Positions 1 through 19,180 of a stretch of DNA of 64,000 bases are shown here, one piece after another (the stretch's first letter is position 1; each line of letters opens with the position of its first letter). A program made the translations under genes and the position numbers. This stretch comes from the human T2T-CHM13v2.0 reference genome, Homo sapiens: NCBI RefSeq assembly GCF_009914755.1, contig NC_060937.1. The stretch is one strand, 5' to 3'. The notes under the pieces were generated by a model. It saw only the letters and a program-made list of their open reading frames with translations. It ran no database searches and was not told where the DNA came from.

Positions 1-280
1 TCTGATATACAGTACCTGTTTATTCAAGCCTTCTAGCCATTCCTGCCAAGGTGCCAGACACAAAAGTGATGCTGTTTTAGATTCTCCAAAGCAGCTGATC
101 CACCAGCAGAATACCATCAAATGATCTTTGTTGTGCCATGTGGGACAGAAGAATCACCCTGCTGAGCCCTGCCCAGATACCATACCTATAAAATAAGGAG
201 GTATAATAAAATACTTGTAGTATTAAGCCATTAAGTTTTGGCATAGTTTGTTATACAGCAACCAATAACGAGAACAGTTA
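1..280 (+). mobile_element. MLT1-family (MaLR) LTR, 3' part
   Basis: Typical MLT1 3' terminus (taagccattaagttttggcatagtttgttatacagcaacc..aataac). Subfamily not determined. Confidence 0.65.
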
Positions 281-1499
281 TTACCATTAACAAAACAAAC
301 CAGTCTACTAGTTTGCAAGTTGATTCTGTTGCAGGCTCCTTAGCTCCTTTTAACCCTGAGGAGCAAGATTTAATATCAAGTAAAGGGGAAAAACATACAG
401 GTTGTAAAGTATGTAGGAGGAGACTTTCTCTTGATACAAGAATAATTGCTCAACAGCTGGAGAAATTCTGTAGGTGACACCCTACCCCTTATAATATTAG
501 ACAGTTTTGGGTGGGGAGGATCAGGGAGAAGTTAGCCAGGAACCCCTCAGCATGGCTGGGACTCTGTTGTAATCTCTCCTGGCTCCTGGCTCATATTTTT
601 TAATCCTGAAAAAAGTTAGCCTTTTGTTCGTCACTGCCTAGACAGAAATAAGCTCTCTTTTCCAGATTTTCTGGGAGTAGCCAGTCAGGCACAAACTTTT
701 ACTTTCCTCAAAGAGAGACAAATTTTCTCTGATCACATATATCATTTTTCACCTGTATGATTTATTATAGCTTAAGGGAAATTCTTTAAAAAAAGAAATG
801 GTCCAAATCTGAACTATTAGAATATTATAATTAAAAACACAAACAAACAGAAATATAATATTTTATATTCCTTGGTAATATTTGTCTATTGTGGAGAGGA
901 TTCCGGAGTCACTCAACATAGTCTTAGTTTTAGAGGTTATGTTCAAGACTACATTTCTTTTTCTTTTCAAACTCATAATTTCTAATTTTTAAAGTTTTGA
1001 AATGTAAATTATCTTCATTAGACTGAGAAAATAGAATGTTTTTACATGAGGGCCAATTACACATCTAGTAATGATAGTGTTTAAAAGAAGAGTAGAAGCA
1101 GAAGACAAAGCTAGAGGACACAAAGTTTTACTGAAAAATTAACATATAATAACATACTTTAATGATGTTTATTTGGTGGGGTTCCATCCACTTTGCTTTA
1201 GCCATGGGCTTTTTGCTTTCATCTGTTTTAGGGAATATGTTGCTTAAGGAAAATATTAGTAATGTCTGCAGAGCTGGGCTAATAAATTCCATTGCTGACT
1301 GGACTCCTTACTCAATCTGATAAATCAGTGGTTTTGTGGTTTCTGAAATCAGCAGAGCCCATCAATTAAAATACATACTGCAATTAATGTTTTTAATTAT
1401 TAACACTCCAAATAAAACATTATCAGGGAGAATAAGCAATATATGCTGAGAAGGTGGTACACTATACAGAACAGCACAATATAAGGAACACTAAACTGG

Positions 1500-1979
<480 letters not shown>

Positions 1980-2337
1980 AAAATGCTATTTCTTAAACTG
2001 GCCAAAACAAAACTAGAGATGGAGATGTCTCCAGTTTACCTGGGACAGTGGGGTCAGATGGCTGGACATTAGGATTAGTAAGGAGAAACCTCTTTCAGTT
2101 GAGTTGGCTAGAACTGTTAATGTTATTTTATCCCCATAAGATGTTTGTTTTTAAGGTGTGTTATGAGACTTGTTTTCTTTGCCTCCTCCACATTCATTTT
2201 GATTCTCAACACCCTTCTCTTTTACTTGTTCAGTCGACTATATGCCTAGGAATGGAATTGCTACATCATACACTAACTCTGTGTTTAATCTTTTGATGAA
2301 CTTCTCATCTGTAAAATGAAAATAATACCTGTCTTAG

Positions 2338-4391
<2,054 letters not shown>

Positions 4392-4498
4392 AATAATACC
4401 TGTCTTAGCTAACTGCTTAGTTGTTTTTCTGTAGGGACTGTGTCAATGTAAATTTCTATCAGTAGTGTATGAAGATTCCAATTTTTCCACACATTCAC

Positions 4499-5217
<719 letters not shown>

Positions 5218-5325
5218 CTCACTAATATTTGTTATTATGTATCTTCGTTATTATGATCATCCTAGTTGGTGTAAAATGGTATCTCATTGTGACTTTTTAT
5301 TTGCGTTTACATGATAGCTAATGAT

Positions 5326-6794
<1,469 letters not shown>

Positions 6795-7040
6795 TAATTG
6801 GGCTATTTGTCTTTTTATTAAGTTGTAAGAGTTATTTGAAATAGGTAAGTGTGAATTTCCCAAATTTGTTCTTATTTGAGATTGTTTTGGCTATTTGGGA
6901 TCACTTGTACTTCCATATCGCTTTATGATCAGCTTGTTCATATCTATAAACAGTCAGCTGAGATTTTGATATGTATTGTGTAGACTCTGTAGCTCAATTT
7001 GGACAGTAGATCAGTTATTAATTGTGTAGATTGATTATTC

Positions 7041-7369
7041 TGTTGGTTAATTTTCTGTGTCAGCTTGGATAGTGCTTTGAATGGGATTAATATTGAAATT
7101 GTTGAACTCTGGGGAAAGCAGATTGCCCTTCGTCATGTGGGTGGGCCTCATTCAATCAGTTGAAAGCCGGGATAGAACAAAAAGATTAGCCTTTCTGTGC
7201 AAGAGGAAAATTCTTCAGCAGACTGTCCTTGGACTTCATCTTCTCCATTGGCTTTTCTGGGTCTCCAATCTGACAGGCCACACTGCAGATTTTGAGTGAA
7301 ATATGGCCACACTTGCCAGCTTTCATAATCGTGTGAACCAATTCCTTTTAGTAAATCTCTGTCTATCTC

Positions 7370-7411
<42 letters not shown>

Positions 7412-7527
7412 ATCAATCATCTATCTACATATCTATCTGGCTGTGTGTACACTCACATCTTTATATATATATATATGTATACACACACATCCTGTTAGTT
7501 CTGTTTCTCTGGAGAACCCTAACACAC
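7041..7527 (+). mobile_element. MLT2 (C/D-like) LTR containing a (TATC)n microsatellite
   Basis: ggttaattttctgtgtcagcttg start, gtgggtgggcctcattcaatcagttg core, tttctctggagaaccctaa end. Confidence 0.8.
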
Positions 7528-9059
7528 AAATTCACTGTCTTCATTTGTTACAGGTTTACTCCAATTTTTTTTTCTTAAACTTGTTTCAGTAGTTTGCACT
7601 TTATAGGACTTTTTCCATTTCCTGTAAGTTATCAATTTTGTTAGCATACACTTGTTTATAGTATTTCCTTATAATTGTTTTAAGGAAATACTATAAATAA
7701 TGGTATGCCAATAAAATGGATTATAAAATCCTTTAATAATCCATTACTCTCATTAGGTTGGTAGTTATGCCTCCCTTCTATTCCTGATTTTAGTAATTTT
7801 AGTCTTCTCTCCTTTTTTTCCTAACTTAGGAGATATAAATTCAAGTAGCTCTGAATACATGCTCCCTTGTCTTCTTTTTGTCCCCTTGGTCAGTTTTGAT
7901 AAAAATTTGAGCTATGTTGATCTTTGTAAAGAGCCAACTTCTGGTTTTATTGGTATTCTCTATTGCGTTCTAGTCTCTATTTCACTAATTTCTACTCAAA
8001 TATTCATTTTTTTCTTATTATTGCTTTAGTATCAGGTTGCTTTCCTTTTTCTGGAGTCTTAAGGTGGAAAGTTACATTATTTGTTTGAGATCTTCGTTTT
8101 TTTCTCAATATAGGCAATTATAGCTATAAATTTCCCTCTAAGCACTGTTTTAACTGCAAGCAATATTTTGGAGTGTCCTGTTTTAATTTTTATGCATCAT
8201 AGAGTATACTCTAATTTCCTTTTCAAATTTATATTTAGAAGTGTGTTTAAGTTCCACATATTTGTGAATTTCCCAAATTTCCTTCTATTATTATTTCAAA
8301 TTTCACTTATTATGGTCTGAGAACAGACTTTGGATGAAACACAGTTTGTATGATTGTAACTTTTAAAATTTATTGTGGCTTGTTTTATGACCTAATATAT
8401 GATTTACCCTGAAGGATGTTCCATATGCACTTGAGATGAATGTGTATTCTGTTGTTATGAGTGGAATGTTCTATACATACCTGTTAGGTCTGGTTAGTTT
8501 ATAGTGTTGTTCATATTTTCTACTTATTTATCGATCTTCTAGTTGTTCTACCCATTACTGAAAGTGGTATATTGAAGTATCCAAATACGATTGTTGAATT
8601 GTCTATCTTGCCTTTCAATACTGTCAGTTTTTGCTTATATTTTGGGGGATCTGTTATTAGGAACATGTATATTTATAATAGTTATATCTTCCTGATGGAT
8701 TGACTCTTTCATCATTATAAAATGTCTGTCTTTAATGCTAGTGACTTTTTTTTTTTTGCTTTGAAGTCTATTTTGTCTGATATTGATATAGTCACTCTAG
8801 CTTTCTTATTGTTGTTCTTTGCATGATGTATCTTTTTCAATCCCTTTACTTTCTACGTATGTGAATCTTTAGGTGTAAAGTATGTCTCCTTATATACAGC
8901 ATATAGTTGGATCATTAAAAAATTCAATCTAATAATCTGCATTTTTATTGGATCATTTAACTCATTCACATTAATACTATGTTTTGTTTTGCTTTGTTGT
9001 ACCATGAGAAAAGGAATTTTTTTTAATAAATGGGAAGACAGAGAATTTTAGCCTTTATT

Positions 9060-9172
9060 CTTTTTATTATTTATTTGTTTACTTATTTAGAGACAGCATC
9101 TGGCTCTGTCACACTGGCTAGAGTGCAGTGGTTTAATCATAGTTCACTGCAGCTTTGAACTCCTGGGCTCAA
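9060..9172 (-). mobile_element. Alu fragment (J/FLAM-like 3' part)
   Basis: agacagcatctggctctgtcac...ctcctgggctcaa. Confidence 0.85.
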
Positions 9173-10708
9173 ACAAATACTATTAATACTATTAATATAC
9201 TTGTATTTATGCCAGCCAATTTACTTTTTATTTTCTATATGTCTCATATCTTTTCTCTTTCTGTATTCCTCCTTAGCTACTTTCTTTGGCATTAAATTAG
9301 TATTTTCTAATGTAGCATTTTAATTTCTTAATACATTTTTCATTATATTTAAAATTTTTTTAGTGATAGTGCTAGAGCATACCATATACATCTTAATGTA
9401 TCAGAATCGACTTCAGGTTATATCAATTTAATTTCAGTGAGATATAAAAGCATTACTTCTCTATAACTCTATTTTCTCTTTCCCTTTGTCATGCTATTGT
9501 TGTTGTACATATTATACCTATATGTGTGACAAACCAAAGAATACATTGTTATAATTATAACAATGTATCATTATTACTATAACAATGTATTGTTGCATTT
9601 GTATAACTGTAAAGAAGCTAAAAGAAAAAAGGGGAACAAGTATATATTTTTTGAATTTATTGTTTTAACCTTCTTATTTATCATTTCTTGTTCCTTTGTC
9701 CATGTGGATTTGAGTTACCATCTGATGTAATCGCCTTAGTGCAATCCAGCTTTGCTCCACTTGCCTCCTTTGTGCCACTATTGTCAAATATATTACATTT
9801 CTCTATGTCATAGGCCTAAAAATAAAATTATGTACATATTGTTTTATACAATAACTTTTTAATTAAATTAGGAGGAGAAAGGAAAAGAAATATACATTGA
9901 TACCATCTTTATATTTGCATTATTACCGTCACTGGTGCTCTTTGTTTCTTTATGTGGATTCGAACTCCTCCCTGGGCTCAATTGCTCTTATCCCAAATAA
10001 ATCCCTTTATAGCTTTTGTAAGATTGATCTGCTTGCAGCAAATTCTCTCAGTTTTTATTTACCTGAGAATGCCTTATTTAATCCTCATTTTTGAAAGATA
10101 TTTTTGCTCAAGGTAAGATTCTTGGTTGACAAGTTTTTTTCCTTTCAGCACTTTCAATATGTCATTCCACTGCCATCAGCCTCCATTGTTTCCAATGAGA
10201 AGTTGACTATTAATCTTATTGGGTTTCTTTATATATCAGAAGTGATTTTCCTCTTGCACTTTCAAAATTTTCTTTGTTTTTCAACATTTTTATTATGATG
10301 TGTCTGGGTGTGGATATCTTTATTGTTACCTTGAGTAAGTTCATCAAGCTTCTTGTGTGTGTAAACTGGTGCTTTAAATCAAATTTAGAAGGTTTACAGC
10401 AATTATTTCTTATAATCTTTTAATTAATTATAGCACAACTATTTTTGTGTTCTTTTCTCTCTCTTCTCTGCTGTTACATTCATTACTCATATATTGGTGA
10501 GCTTAATAGTGTCCCACATTTCTCTAAGGCTCTGTTTATTTTTCCTTATTCACTTTGCCCTGTTCTTCAGATTGCATAATCTCTATCAAGCTGTTAAAGT
10601 TCTCTGATTCTCTCAGAGTGACCAAATCTATTGTTGAGACCCTCTAATAAGTTTTTAGTTATTGTACTTCCGAACTCCAGAATTTTTATTTTTAAAAAAT
10701 AATTTCTG

Positions 10709-11010
10709 GGCCAGGCGCAGTGGCTCACGCCTGTAATCCCAGCACTTTGGTAGGCTGAGGTGGGCGGATCACGAGTCAGGAGACTGAGACCATCCTGGCT
10801 AACACGGTGAAATGCTGTCTCTACTAAAAATACAAAAAATTAGCCGGGCGTGGTGGCGGGCGCCTGTAGTCCCAGCTACTTGAGAGGCTGAGGCAGGTGA
10901 ATGGCATGAACCAGGGAGGCGGGCTTGCAGTGAGCCAAGATCACGCCACTGCACTCTAGCCTGGGTGACAGTGCGAGACTCCATCTCAAAATAATAATAA
11001 TAATAATAAT
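10709..11010 (+). mobile_element. Full-length Alu (AluY/Sc-like)
   Basis: ggccaggcgcagtgg start, (AAT)n tail, aataatttct flanking duplication. Confidence 0.97.
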
Positions 11011-11689
11011 AATTTCTATTTATTATTAATTTTCCTCTCAATAATGAGTAATTGTCATCATAGTCTGTTTTGCTCCTTTCAGCAGATTCTTTGAACGTAT
11101 TTATAAAAGCTGCTTTAAAGTTTGCCAAGTCTGACATCTGGGCCCTCTCACAGGCAGTTTCTGTTGTCTGCTTTCCCCTGTGTATGGGTTATAGTTTCCT
11201 GTTTCTATGTCTTATAATTTTGAAAATAGCATATTTTAGATAACTTATGGTAGCAACTTGAGATACTGTTTCTTCATGCCCTCTTTGGTTTTCTCATCTT
11301 GTGTTTCTCAGAGTGGAGCTTGGAGTGGGGGCAAGGGCTGTCATGATTCCAGTATTCTCACTCTGCTGCATCTAGGGTAGAGCCTCCATCCTATGAGTGG
11401 TGGCTGGTGGAAAAATAGAATCTCCAGTCTCTTTGCTACACTTATTTAGAATGTAGCTTCTGCAACATGAAGGTGGGATAGAAAGAGATGAGAAGTGTGG
11501 GGGCCTGCCCCTCCTGAAGAGACACCGTAGCCCTTGACTGGGGGCTGGGATATAGAGAATTCTGTAATCTTGGCCATATCACATGGAATGGAGCTTATGC
11601 CAAAGTGTGCTGACAGAGGGGAAAGAGGGAGCAGGTTGTGGTTCAAGTACCGCCATCTTGTGCTGCTCTTACCAAGATGTAGTAAATCT

Positions 11690-11720
11690 CTTTCTTTCTT
11701 TCCCTTTCTTTCTTTCTTTC

Positions 11721-11780
<60 letters not shown>

Positions 11781-12143
11781 TTTCTTTTTCCTTCCTTCCT
11801 TCCTTCCTTCCTTCCTTCCTTCCTTCCTTCCTTCCTTCCTTCCTTCCTTCCTTCTTTCATCTTGCTCTGTTGCTCAGGCTGGAGTGCAATGGTGTGACCA
11901 CAGCTCACTGCAGCTTCGAACTCCTGGGCTCAAGTGATCCTCTCACCTTAGCCTCCTGAGTAGCTGGGATTACACAGATGTGCCCCTATGCATTGCTAAT
12001 TTAAAAAAAAAGTATTGTGTGTATGGAAATGAGGTTTCACTACATTGCCTAGGCTGGTCTCAAACTTCTGAGCTCAAGCAATCCTCCTACCTTGGCCTCC
12101 CAAACTGCTGGGATTACAAGTGTGTACATCTCATGCCTAGCCC
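11690..12143 (-). mobile_element. AluJ-like element with (CTTT)n(CCTT)n-expanded tail
   Basis: Diverged antisense Alu at 11860-12143, pyrimidine microsatellite at 11690-11858, tgtagta(a/g)at flanking duplication. Confidence 0.92.
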
Positions 12144-13224
12144 TGTAGTAGATTTTCTTGAGTAAATGTTTTTCCATTTGCTGTATGCTCTTAGGACAAC
12201 TTATGGAGACTTTAAATTATTGTTTGTTTTAAATAATTTTTAACTAGTTGTTTTACTGGGAAGAAAAAACTTTCCAGAGTGGTCTTGTTAGTTCTATTGA
12301 TCCAAATACAATGCAAATAAAATCAAGGCTCTGGGTGTGATCTCACAGTTGTCATTCAGCTTTTATTTATCTTGAGGTTGTGTGCCAGTTGGGATGGGAC
12401 TAAGAAAAGGAGGTGTGTATGTGTAAATCTACCACCACTGCTGAGTAAATTAACTCAAACATTTTCCATTAATGAGGAAGGAGATTAGATAAATAGTAAA
12501 TAAAGGAGCAAACAATTCCCATGGCATGGAAAAATACATGGAGGAAATACAGATCTTATTATACAAGACAGGAAATTCTGCTTAAAGATTAAAAATAATA
12601 TGATTGAATGTACTGAGAATTAACTTAAGAAGGAATATATGTCTGTGAAAAGTTGACATATAATTTATAAATGCTACAAGAGCCCAAATTATTATTTGAT
12701 GTAATTATTTTCTTGGAGCTGGTGTAATTTATCAATGCCCTTGGAATTATATGGAATCCTCACAGATAATATTTCAAAATCAGGGTAAGATTTTAGATCT
12801 ACCTCTGCTATCATTCTTTTACTCATTTATTCATTATGTGTAAAGCATATTGTAACTGCAACGAACTATATGACTTTTTCTGGACAAACTAACTTTTAAT
12901 TCACAAAACAAAAAGACTGGAACGCTAGGATATTTTTTCCAGCTCTAAAATCCTAAGTGGCAGAGTAGAAGTAATTATTATTTCATTAATTCAACAAATA
13001 TTTCTAGGCATGAAACACTGTGTTAGGGACAGTGGATATTTTAGACATAATTCCTGCCTTATTGAAAGTAACGGACATTTAAATAAGTAAGAAGAAGAGT
13101 GATGGCTTCAAGAAAGGGAAGCGTACTGAGTGCTATGCAGATATGTCAGGATTTTCTAACCAACTCTGGTGGGATACAGGGCATTTCAGGGAAGGCTTTT
13201 CTGAGGAAGTGAAATTGATGCTCA

Positions 13225-13640
13225 TCTTATCTGTTCCTGCTACTACAACAAAATACCGCAGACTGGGTAATTTATGAATAATATAAATTTATTTCTTAAA
13301 GTTTGGGAGGCTGGGAAGTCTAAAACCAAGGTGCCAGCAAATTTAGTATCTGGTAAGGGCTGGACTGGTTTTCTGCTCCAAGGTGGTACCCTGTTGCTGT
13401 GTCCTCTGGAAGGGATGAACACTGCGTCCTCACATGATGGAAGGGACAAAAGGGAATAAGGGTGAACTCAACCTCAGGCCCTTTCATAAGGGCACTAATC
13501 CCATTCATGGTGATGGGACCCTCACCTGTGGGGTGATGGCCTAATCACCTGTGATAGCTCTCACCTCTTAATACAATCACCTTGGTGTTTAAGTTCCAAC
13601 ATATACATTTTGGAGGAAAACATACATTCAAAGCATAACG
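13225..13640 (-). mobile_element. MST/MLT1A-type MaLR LTR within L2 remnants
   Basis: Antisense MaLR motifs (aaaatacc..agactgggtaatttat; ggaggctgggaagtc..aggtgccagca). Confidence 0.8.
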
Positions 13641-14218
13641 TTGCTGGAACCTGAGAGAGAATTAAATAGGGGATAGTGTGGGAAGAAAGCTCTAGAGAGT
13701 AATACAAACATATTCAAAGCCCTGAGGAAAACAAATAGTCTCAGAGGTTTGAGGATCTCATACAAGTCCAGGGTGGCCAGGATTCAAGGCAGAAATTTGA
13801 TAGAAATGAGAATGGAGTGGAATGGGGGGACAGAAATCCCAGAGAGCCTTATGTCAGCCATTTGAAGAAGTTGGTACTTCCCATACGCACAGTAGTAGTT
13901 TATTTAAGCTTAAATTTAAGCAGATTTGTTTTTACAAAGATGACTCTGGCTGTGGAGTGGAGGGAGGAATTAGAGGTCTCCGAAATATCCACATAGACTG
14001 CCCCTAGGATGTATATGAGGATGGTGTAAGTGGGTGCTTGAAAGATTTATAGAAAATTAAGTGGAAAATATTTGCTAATAGATTGGATGGGGGAAGCTAA
14101 TTAAATAGTTCATTAAAACTATACCTTATGCCTAAAATGATCTAATATAATGGTGCTTATAACTTAGCTGGACAAAATATATTTACATGATTGCTAAAAT
14201 GAAAACAAAGGAAAATAA

Positions 14219-14500
14219 TTTTTTTTTTGAAACGGAGTCTTGCTCTGTCGCCCAGGCTAGTGCAATGGCATGATCTCGGCTCACTGCAACCTCTGTCTCC
14301 CGGGTTCAAGTGATTCTCCTGCCTCAGCCCCCTGAGTAGCTAGGATTACAGGCACCCGCCACCACACCTGGCTAATGTTTTTTGTATTTTTAGTAGAGAC
14401 GGGGTTTCACCATCTTGGCCAGGCTGGTCTCGAACTCCTGACCTCATGATCCACCCACCTCAGCCTCCCAAAGTGCTGGGATGAGGCACTGCGCCTGGCC
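14219..14500 (-). mobile_element. AluS-like element
   Basis: TSD aggaaaataa at 14209-14218 and 14501-14510. Confidence 0.96.
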
Positions 14501-15227
14501 AGGAAAATAAAAATTTTACAAGCAGTCAGGAGTAAGACTAGTTCTTGAAATGAAAACCTTACATTCCTATTCTTTTGGAAATAGGTAACAAATTTGGGGA
14601 ATTTAGGCATATTTAAGTTTCTCTTAAAACTGAGAAGCAAGGAAATACGTTTTTCTGCAGGTGATTTTTAATAATAGTATAGTTGGTTTTAATTTCAATT
14701 TCAATTGTTGGGAATGAAATAAATACTGCTTCTCTTTATTTCTATGAACAAACTTGATCTAGGCTTTGAGGCCAGCCAGGTTGGCAGAATGTTTATCATC
14801 AATTATTCTGGGAGGTATTTTCAAATTTCCTGGGTTTTATGCAGTACCAATCAACCCTTCAAGTCCAAGGGCCCTCTCTGGCTTCCATGCTGTGTCTTGG
14901 ACTCAGGACAATCTGAATGCAACCTGAATATCAGTCAGATCCCATTGGGAAAACAGAAACCACTAGGTTTCTGTAGAAGGGACTTGATATGGAATTTGTT
15001 ACACAGGTGGTTAAGGATTGAAAGAGCAAAGAAGGATTGCTAGGTAACCAGAGGTACTAAGTAGGAAGCTACTACCACCTTTAGTATTAGAAAAGGAAAA
15101 GGAAAAATGGCCTTTACCAGACTCTAGGAGCCCATGAGAGGTCAGGCAGGGTTGGTTCTTACACCTCTGAGTAGGTGGTACCACTTGGCTGCTACTAGTA
15201 TCTCTAGAATGATGAGGCTGGTTCTGA

Positions 15228-15908
<681 letters not shown>

Positions 15909-15937
15909 TCCCATCTTTTAATTTACCTGTAAAACTT

Positions 15938-16515
15938 TGTCTTAGTCAGCTTGGACTGCTATAACAAATTACCAGTTCTAGAGGCTGGGAAGTCAAGATC
16001 AAGAGATCAAAGCAACAGCAAATGTGCTATCTGGTGAGTGCTCATTCTTCTGGTTTATAAATGGCATCTTCTAGCTGTGTTCCCACATGGTAGAAAAGGC
16101 AAACAAGCTTCCATCAGGCCTCTTTTATAAGGATGCTAATCTCATTCATGAAGGCTTCACTCTAATTAATCGGTCACCTTCCAAAAGGCCCCACCTCTTA
16201 ATACTATCACACTGGGGATTAGGTTTCAATATGAATCTGGGGGGGTGACCCAAACATTCAGACCATAGCTGCCCTCCTCCGGGTTCAGACTGCCATTTTC
16301 TTATTGTATCCTCACATGGTGGAAAGAGTGCTAGAGAGCTCTTTAGGGTCCCTTTTATATGGGCATTAGTCCCGTTGATGAGGGTTCTACCCTCATAACC
16401 TAAATTATCTCCCAAAGGCCGCACCTCCTAATACAACTACATTGGAATTAGGATTTTAATATATGAATTATTTTGATTGATATATGCATTTTGGAAGAAC
16501 ACATTCGCTCAGTCC
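15938..16515 (-). mobile_element. Two adjacent or nested MLT1A/MST-type LTR pieces
   Basis: tgtcttagtcagcttggactgctataacaaa start; the internal motif cc(c/g)cacct..taatac..cac..tgg occurs twice. Confidence 0.75.
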
Positions 16516-16782
16516 ATATGAAGCCTCTTATTGCTGGAACATAACAAGAATACCCATTGTCAAAGGAATCTGGGAAATGAAATTTGCGAAGTCTCAGTTC
16601 CAGCATTATAGGCAGAATATGGAAGGGTGGTTTAGAGATGAGATGCACTAGGTAAAGGACAGGCTTATTAGGGGACCATATTGCTGGCAGCCTTGCTACT
16701 CCAGGACTCATAGCCCTCTCTTCTTCCTGCAGCCCTCCCTTTCCTCTAACCTGAGGTAGCTCCGTTCTGCCCTTGGCCTTTC

Positions 16783-17008
16783 TTTTCCTTTTTAAAACTT
16801 TACTGTAAATTGACAAATCATAATTATATGTATTTACAGAGTACAAAGCAATATTATGATATATGTATACAGTGTGGAATGATTAAATCAGGCTAATGAA
16901 CATATCCATCATCTCAAATACTTATCTTTTTTTGTGGTGAGAATATTTGAAATGTACTCTCAGCAATTTTGAAATGTACAATACATTATTATTTACTGTA
17001 GTCACTAT
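16783..17008 (-). mobile_element. Short L1MA-type 3' end insertion
   Basis: Antisense L1MA 3'UTR; 15-bp TSD tgcccttggc(c/t)tttc at 16768-16782 and 17009-17023. Confidence 0.88.
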
Positions 17009-17277
17009 TGCCCTTGGCTTTTCAAATTCTCTCAAATCCTCCAACTCTGTCTCTCATCTGGATCATCTACAATAAATGCTGGTGTCCATTAGAACCAGAG
17101 CCTGAATCATTAACAACCAAAAGATTAGTTTTGATCTCCTTGAGGACAGATCTCCAATCAGGTGAGGATAAATGTTTGCATTCTGTCCTTATAAGGAAGA
17201 GAAAAAGAAAGAAAACAAAGAGATTACCTTCTGTAATAAAGCAAAACAGCCAACTGTGACCACAATCATAATACTGA

Positions 17278-17745
17278 CTGTGCTAGGCTCAATAAGGACC
17301 CCTGCTGATATCCACAGCTGAATCCCTGGACTCTGCAGGGGTGTTACCTTACCTGGCCAAAGGGTCTTTGCAGGGTTGATTAAGTTAAGGACTCTGAGAT
17401 GGGGGGATTATCCTGGATTATCTCAGTAAACCCAACATCATCTCAAGGGTTCTTTATGAAAAAATTAGGAGAGTCAGAGTTAGGGATGATGTGACCGCAG
17501 AAGAAGTCTGGGTTCTGTGAGACCGAGTCAGGGAATGCGGGTGGTCTCTAGAAGCTGAAGAGGTCGGGAGACAGACTCTTCCCTAGAACCTTCAGAAGGA
17601 ATGCTGCCCTGCCAACACTTTGACTTCAGCTTAGAGAGTCAAACTTTGGACTTCCAGCCTCCAGAATGGTAAACTAATACACTTGTGCAGTTCTAATCCA
17701 TCATGTTTGTGGCAGTTTGTTACAGCAGCAATAAGAAACTTATAT
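17278..17745 (+). mobile_element. MLT1C/D-type LTR
   Basis: ctttgcagggttgattaagttaaggac..gagatgggg..attatcctggattat core; gtttgttacagcagcaataagaaac end. Confidence 0.85.
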
Positions 17746-19082
17746 GCTGACCACAGCTGAGCCTCAGGTTCTGGGCTGGAAGTTGAGCAAGCACCGGCTG
17801 CCCTTGATTCACTCAACAACTCAATGAGGTTAAAGGTGTGATTCTCATTTCACAGATGAAAATGACGAGACTCAGAGAAGAATTAAATAGACTTTCTAGT
17901 CTGCCTGAGCAGGGTGGTCAGTATGGACGCAGCTGGCACATGGAGACCACCAAGAAGCCTGTGCTTCTAACCATCATGAGAACTGCCTCCACCTGGATCC
18001 TGGCAACCAGCCCCAGGAATAAGTCCTCCACACATCCTTTAAGGATAACAAAAGGCAAGCAGTTCTGATTATGTATACATATTTACATATCAGCAATTAA
18101 AGCAACGAAGTGCTGAAAATATGGCTGAAATGGCACCTTGAAATTTTGTTTATGATGTTAATTTTTTGAGGACTTTTTTGAAAAAACAATTGTTGCAGAA
18201 GTAAACTTCAAACTGTGGATTAACCTATAAATTCAGAATCAATGGAATCAAATAAAGTTTAATTCCATTTTTATATACAGACATGATACTTAAGAATACA
18301 AGTCTAAGCAGAATATTATTACTTTAAAATTTATAGGAAATGAAATCTTGGTATCAGCCAGGAGACTGGTAGAGTTTTTGAGGACTACAGTCTTAAAAAC
18401 AAAACAAAACCCTACTTTAAAAAATTAATATACCCATTTATTTAATAAATATGTACTGAATCTGTTATATTCAGAGCACTGTTCTAAATTTTTAGAACCT
18501 TACATCTCCTGAGAAACAATTCACATTCACAAATGGCTACAATATAAGGCCTTATGTAAGAAGTTTTTTAAAGAGGTATATAAAATAGTTGTGTTACTAT
18601 TTTAGAGAAGTGGCTAGGTTTACGACCAGACTATTCAAGAAAAGCAGAATGTCTATTGTCTGTTCACAAGTTAGATCACTTTCTGTTCTCTTCTGTCATT
18701 CTTCTGCATCTCAGGCCTTAGAAAACAAGCAGCTTCGTTTTCCTGAATCCTTTGCTAGCAAGATTTTAGGTTAGACTCTGTCAATGACAGGAACTTACAC
18801 AAAATTCACAGGCAAAAGACACACAAAGCCATGTTATTGTTCCTTCAACAGTAGCAAACTATGGGGCGAGCTATAGTATAGTTGAGGCAAAACCATACTT
18901 CTTAATCCAAAAGTTTCTAGGTGTGTTTAGCAAACTAATAAATACTAATAAGAAAAGAAATATTAATTGATCATAAGCTTATGTTCCAAAATTAGTACAA
19001 GATGCAAGAGTTTGAGATCTGTGACAGGGATACAAACTTAACCTACTCTACAACAAAGATGTGCATAAAAAATGTAGTTTCT

Positions 19083-19180
19083 CTGAGGCAGAAGGAGTGC
19101 TTAAGCCCAAGAGTTCAGGGTTACAGTGAGCTGTTGTCATGCCACTGCACTGTAGCCTGGGCAACAGAGCAAGACCCTAT
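19083..19180 (+). mobile_element. Alu fragment (J/FLAM-like 3' part)
   Basis: ctgaggcagaaggagtgcttaagcccaagag...gcaagaccct. Confidence 0.85.

Noticed and set aside
11534-11959. Long low-complexity ORFs (also 19335-19990, 23110-23532, 34616-35047)
   Set aside because: Open only because microsatellite or pyrimidine tracts lack stop codons.
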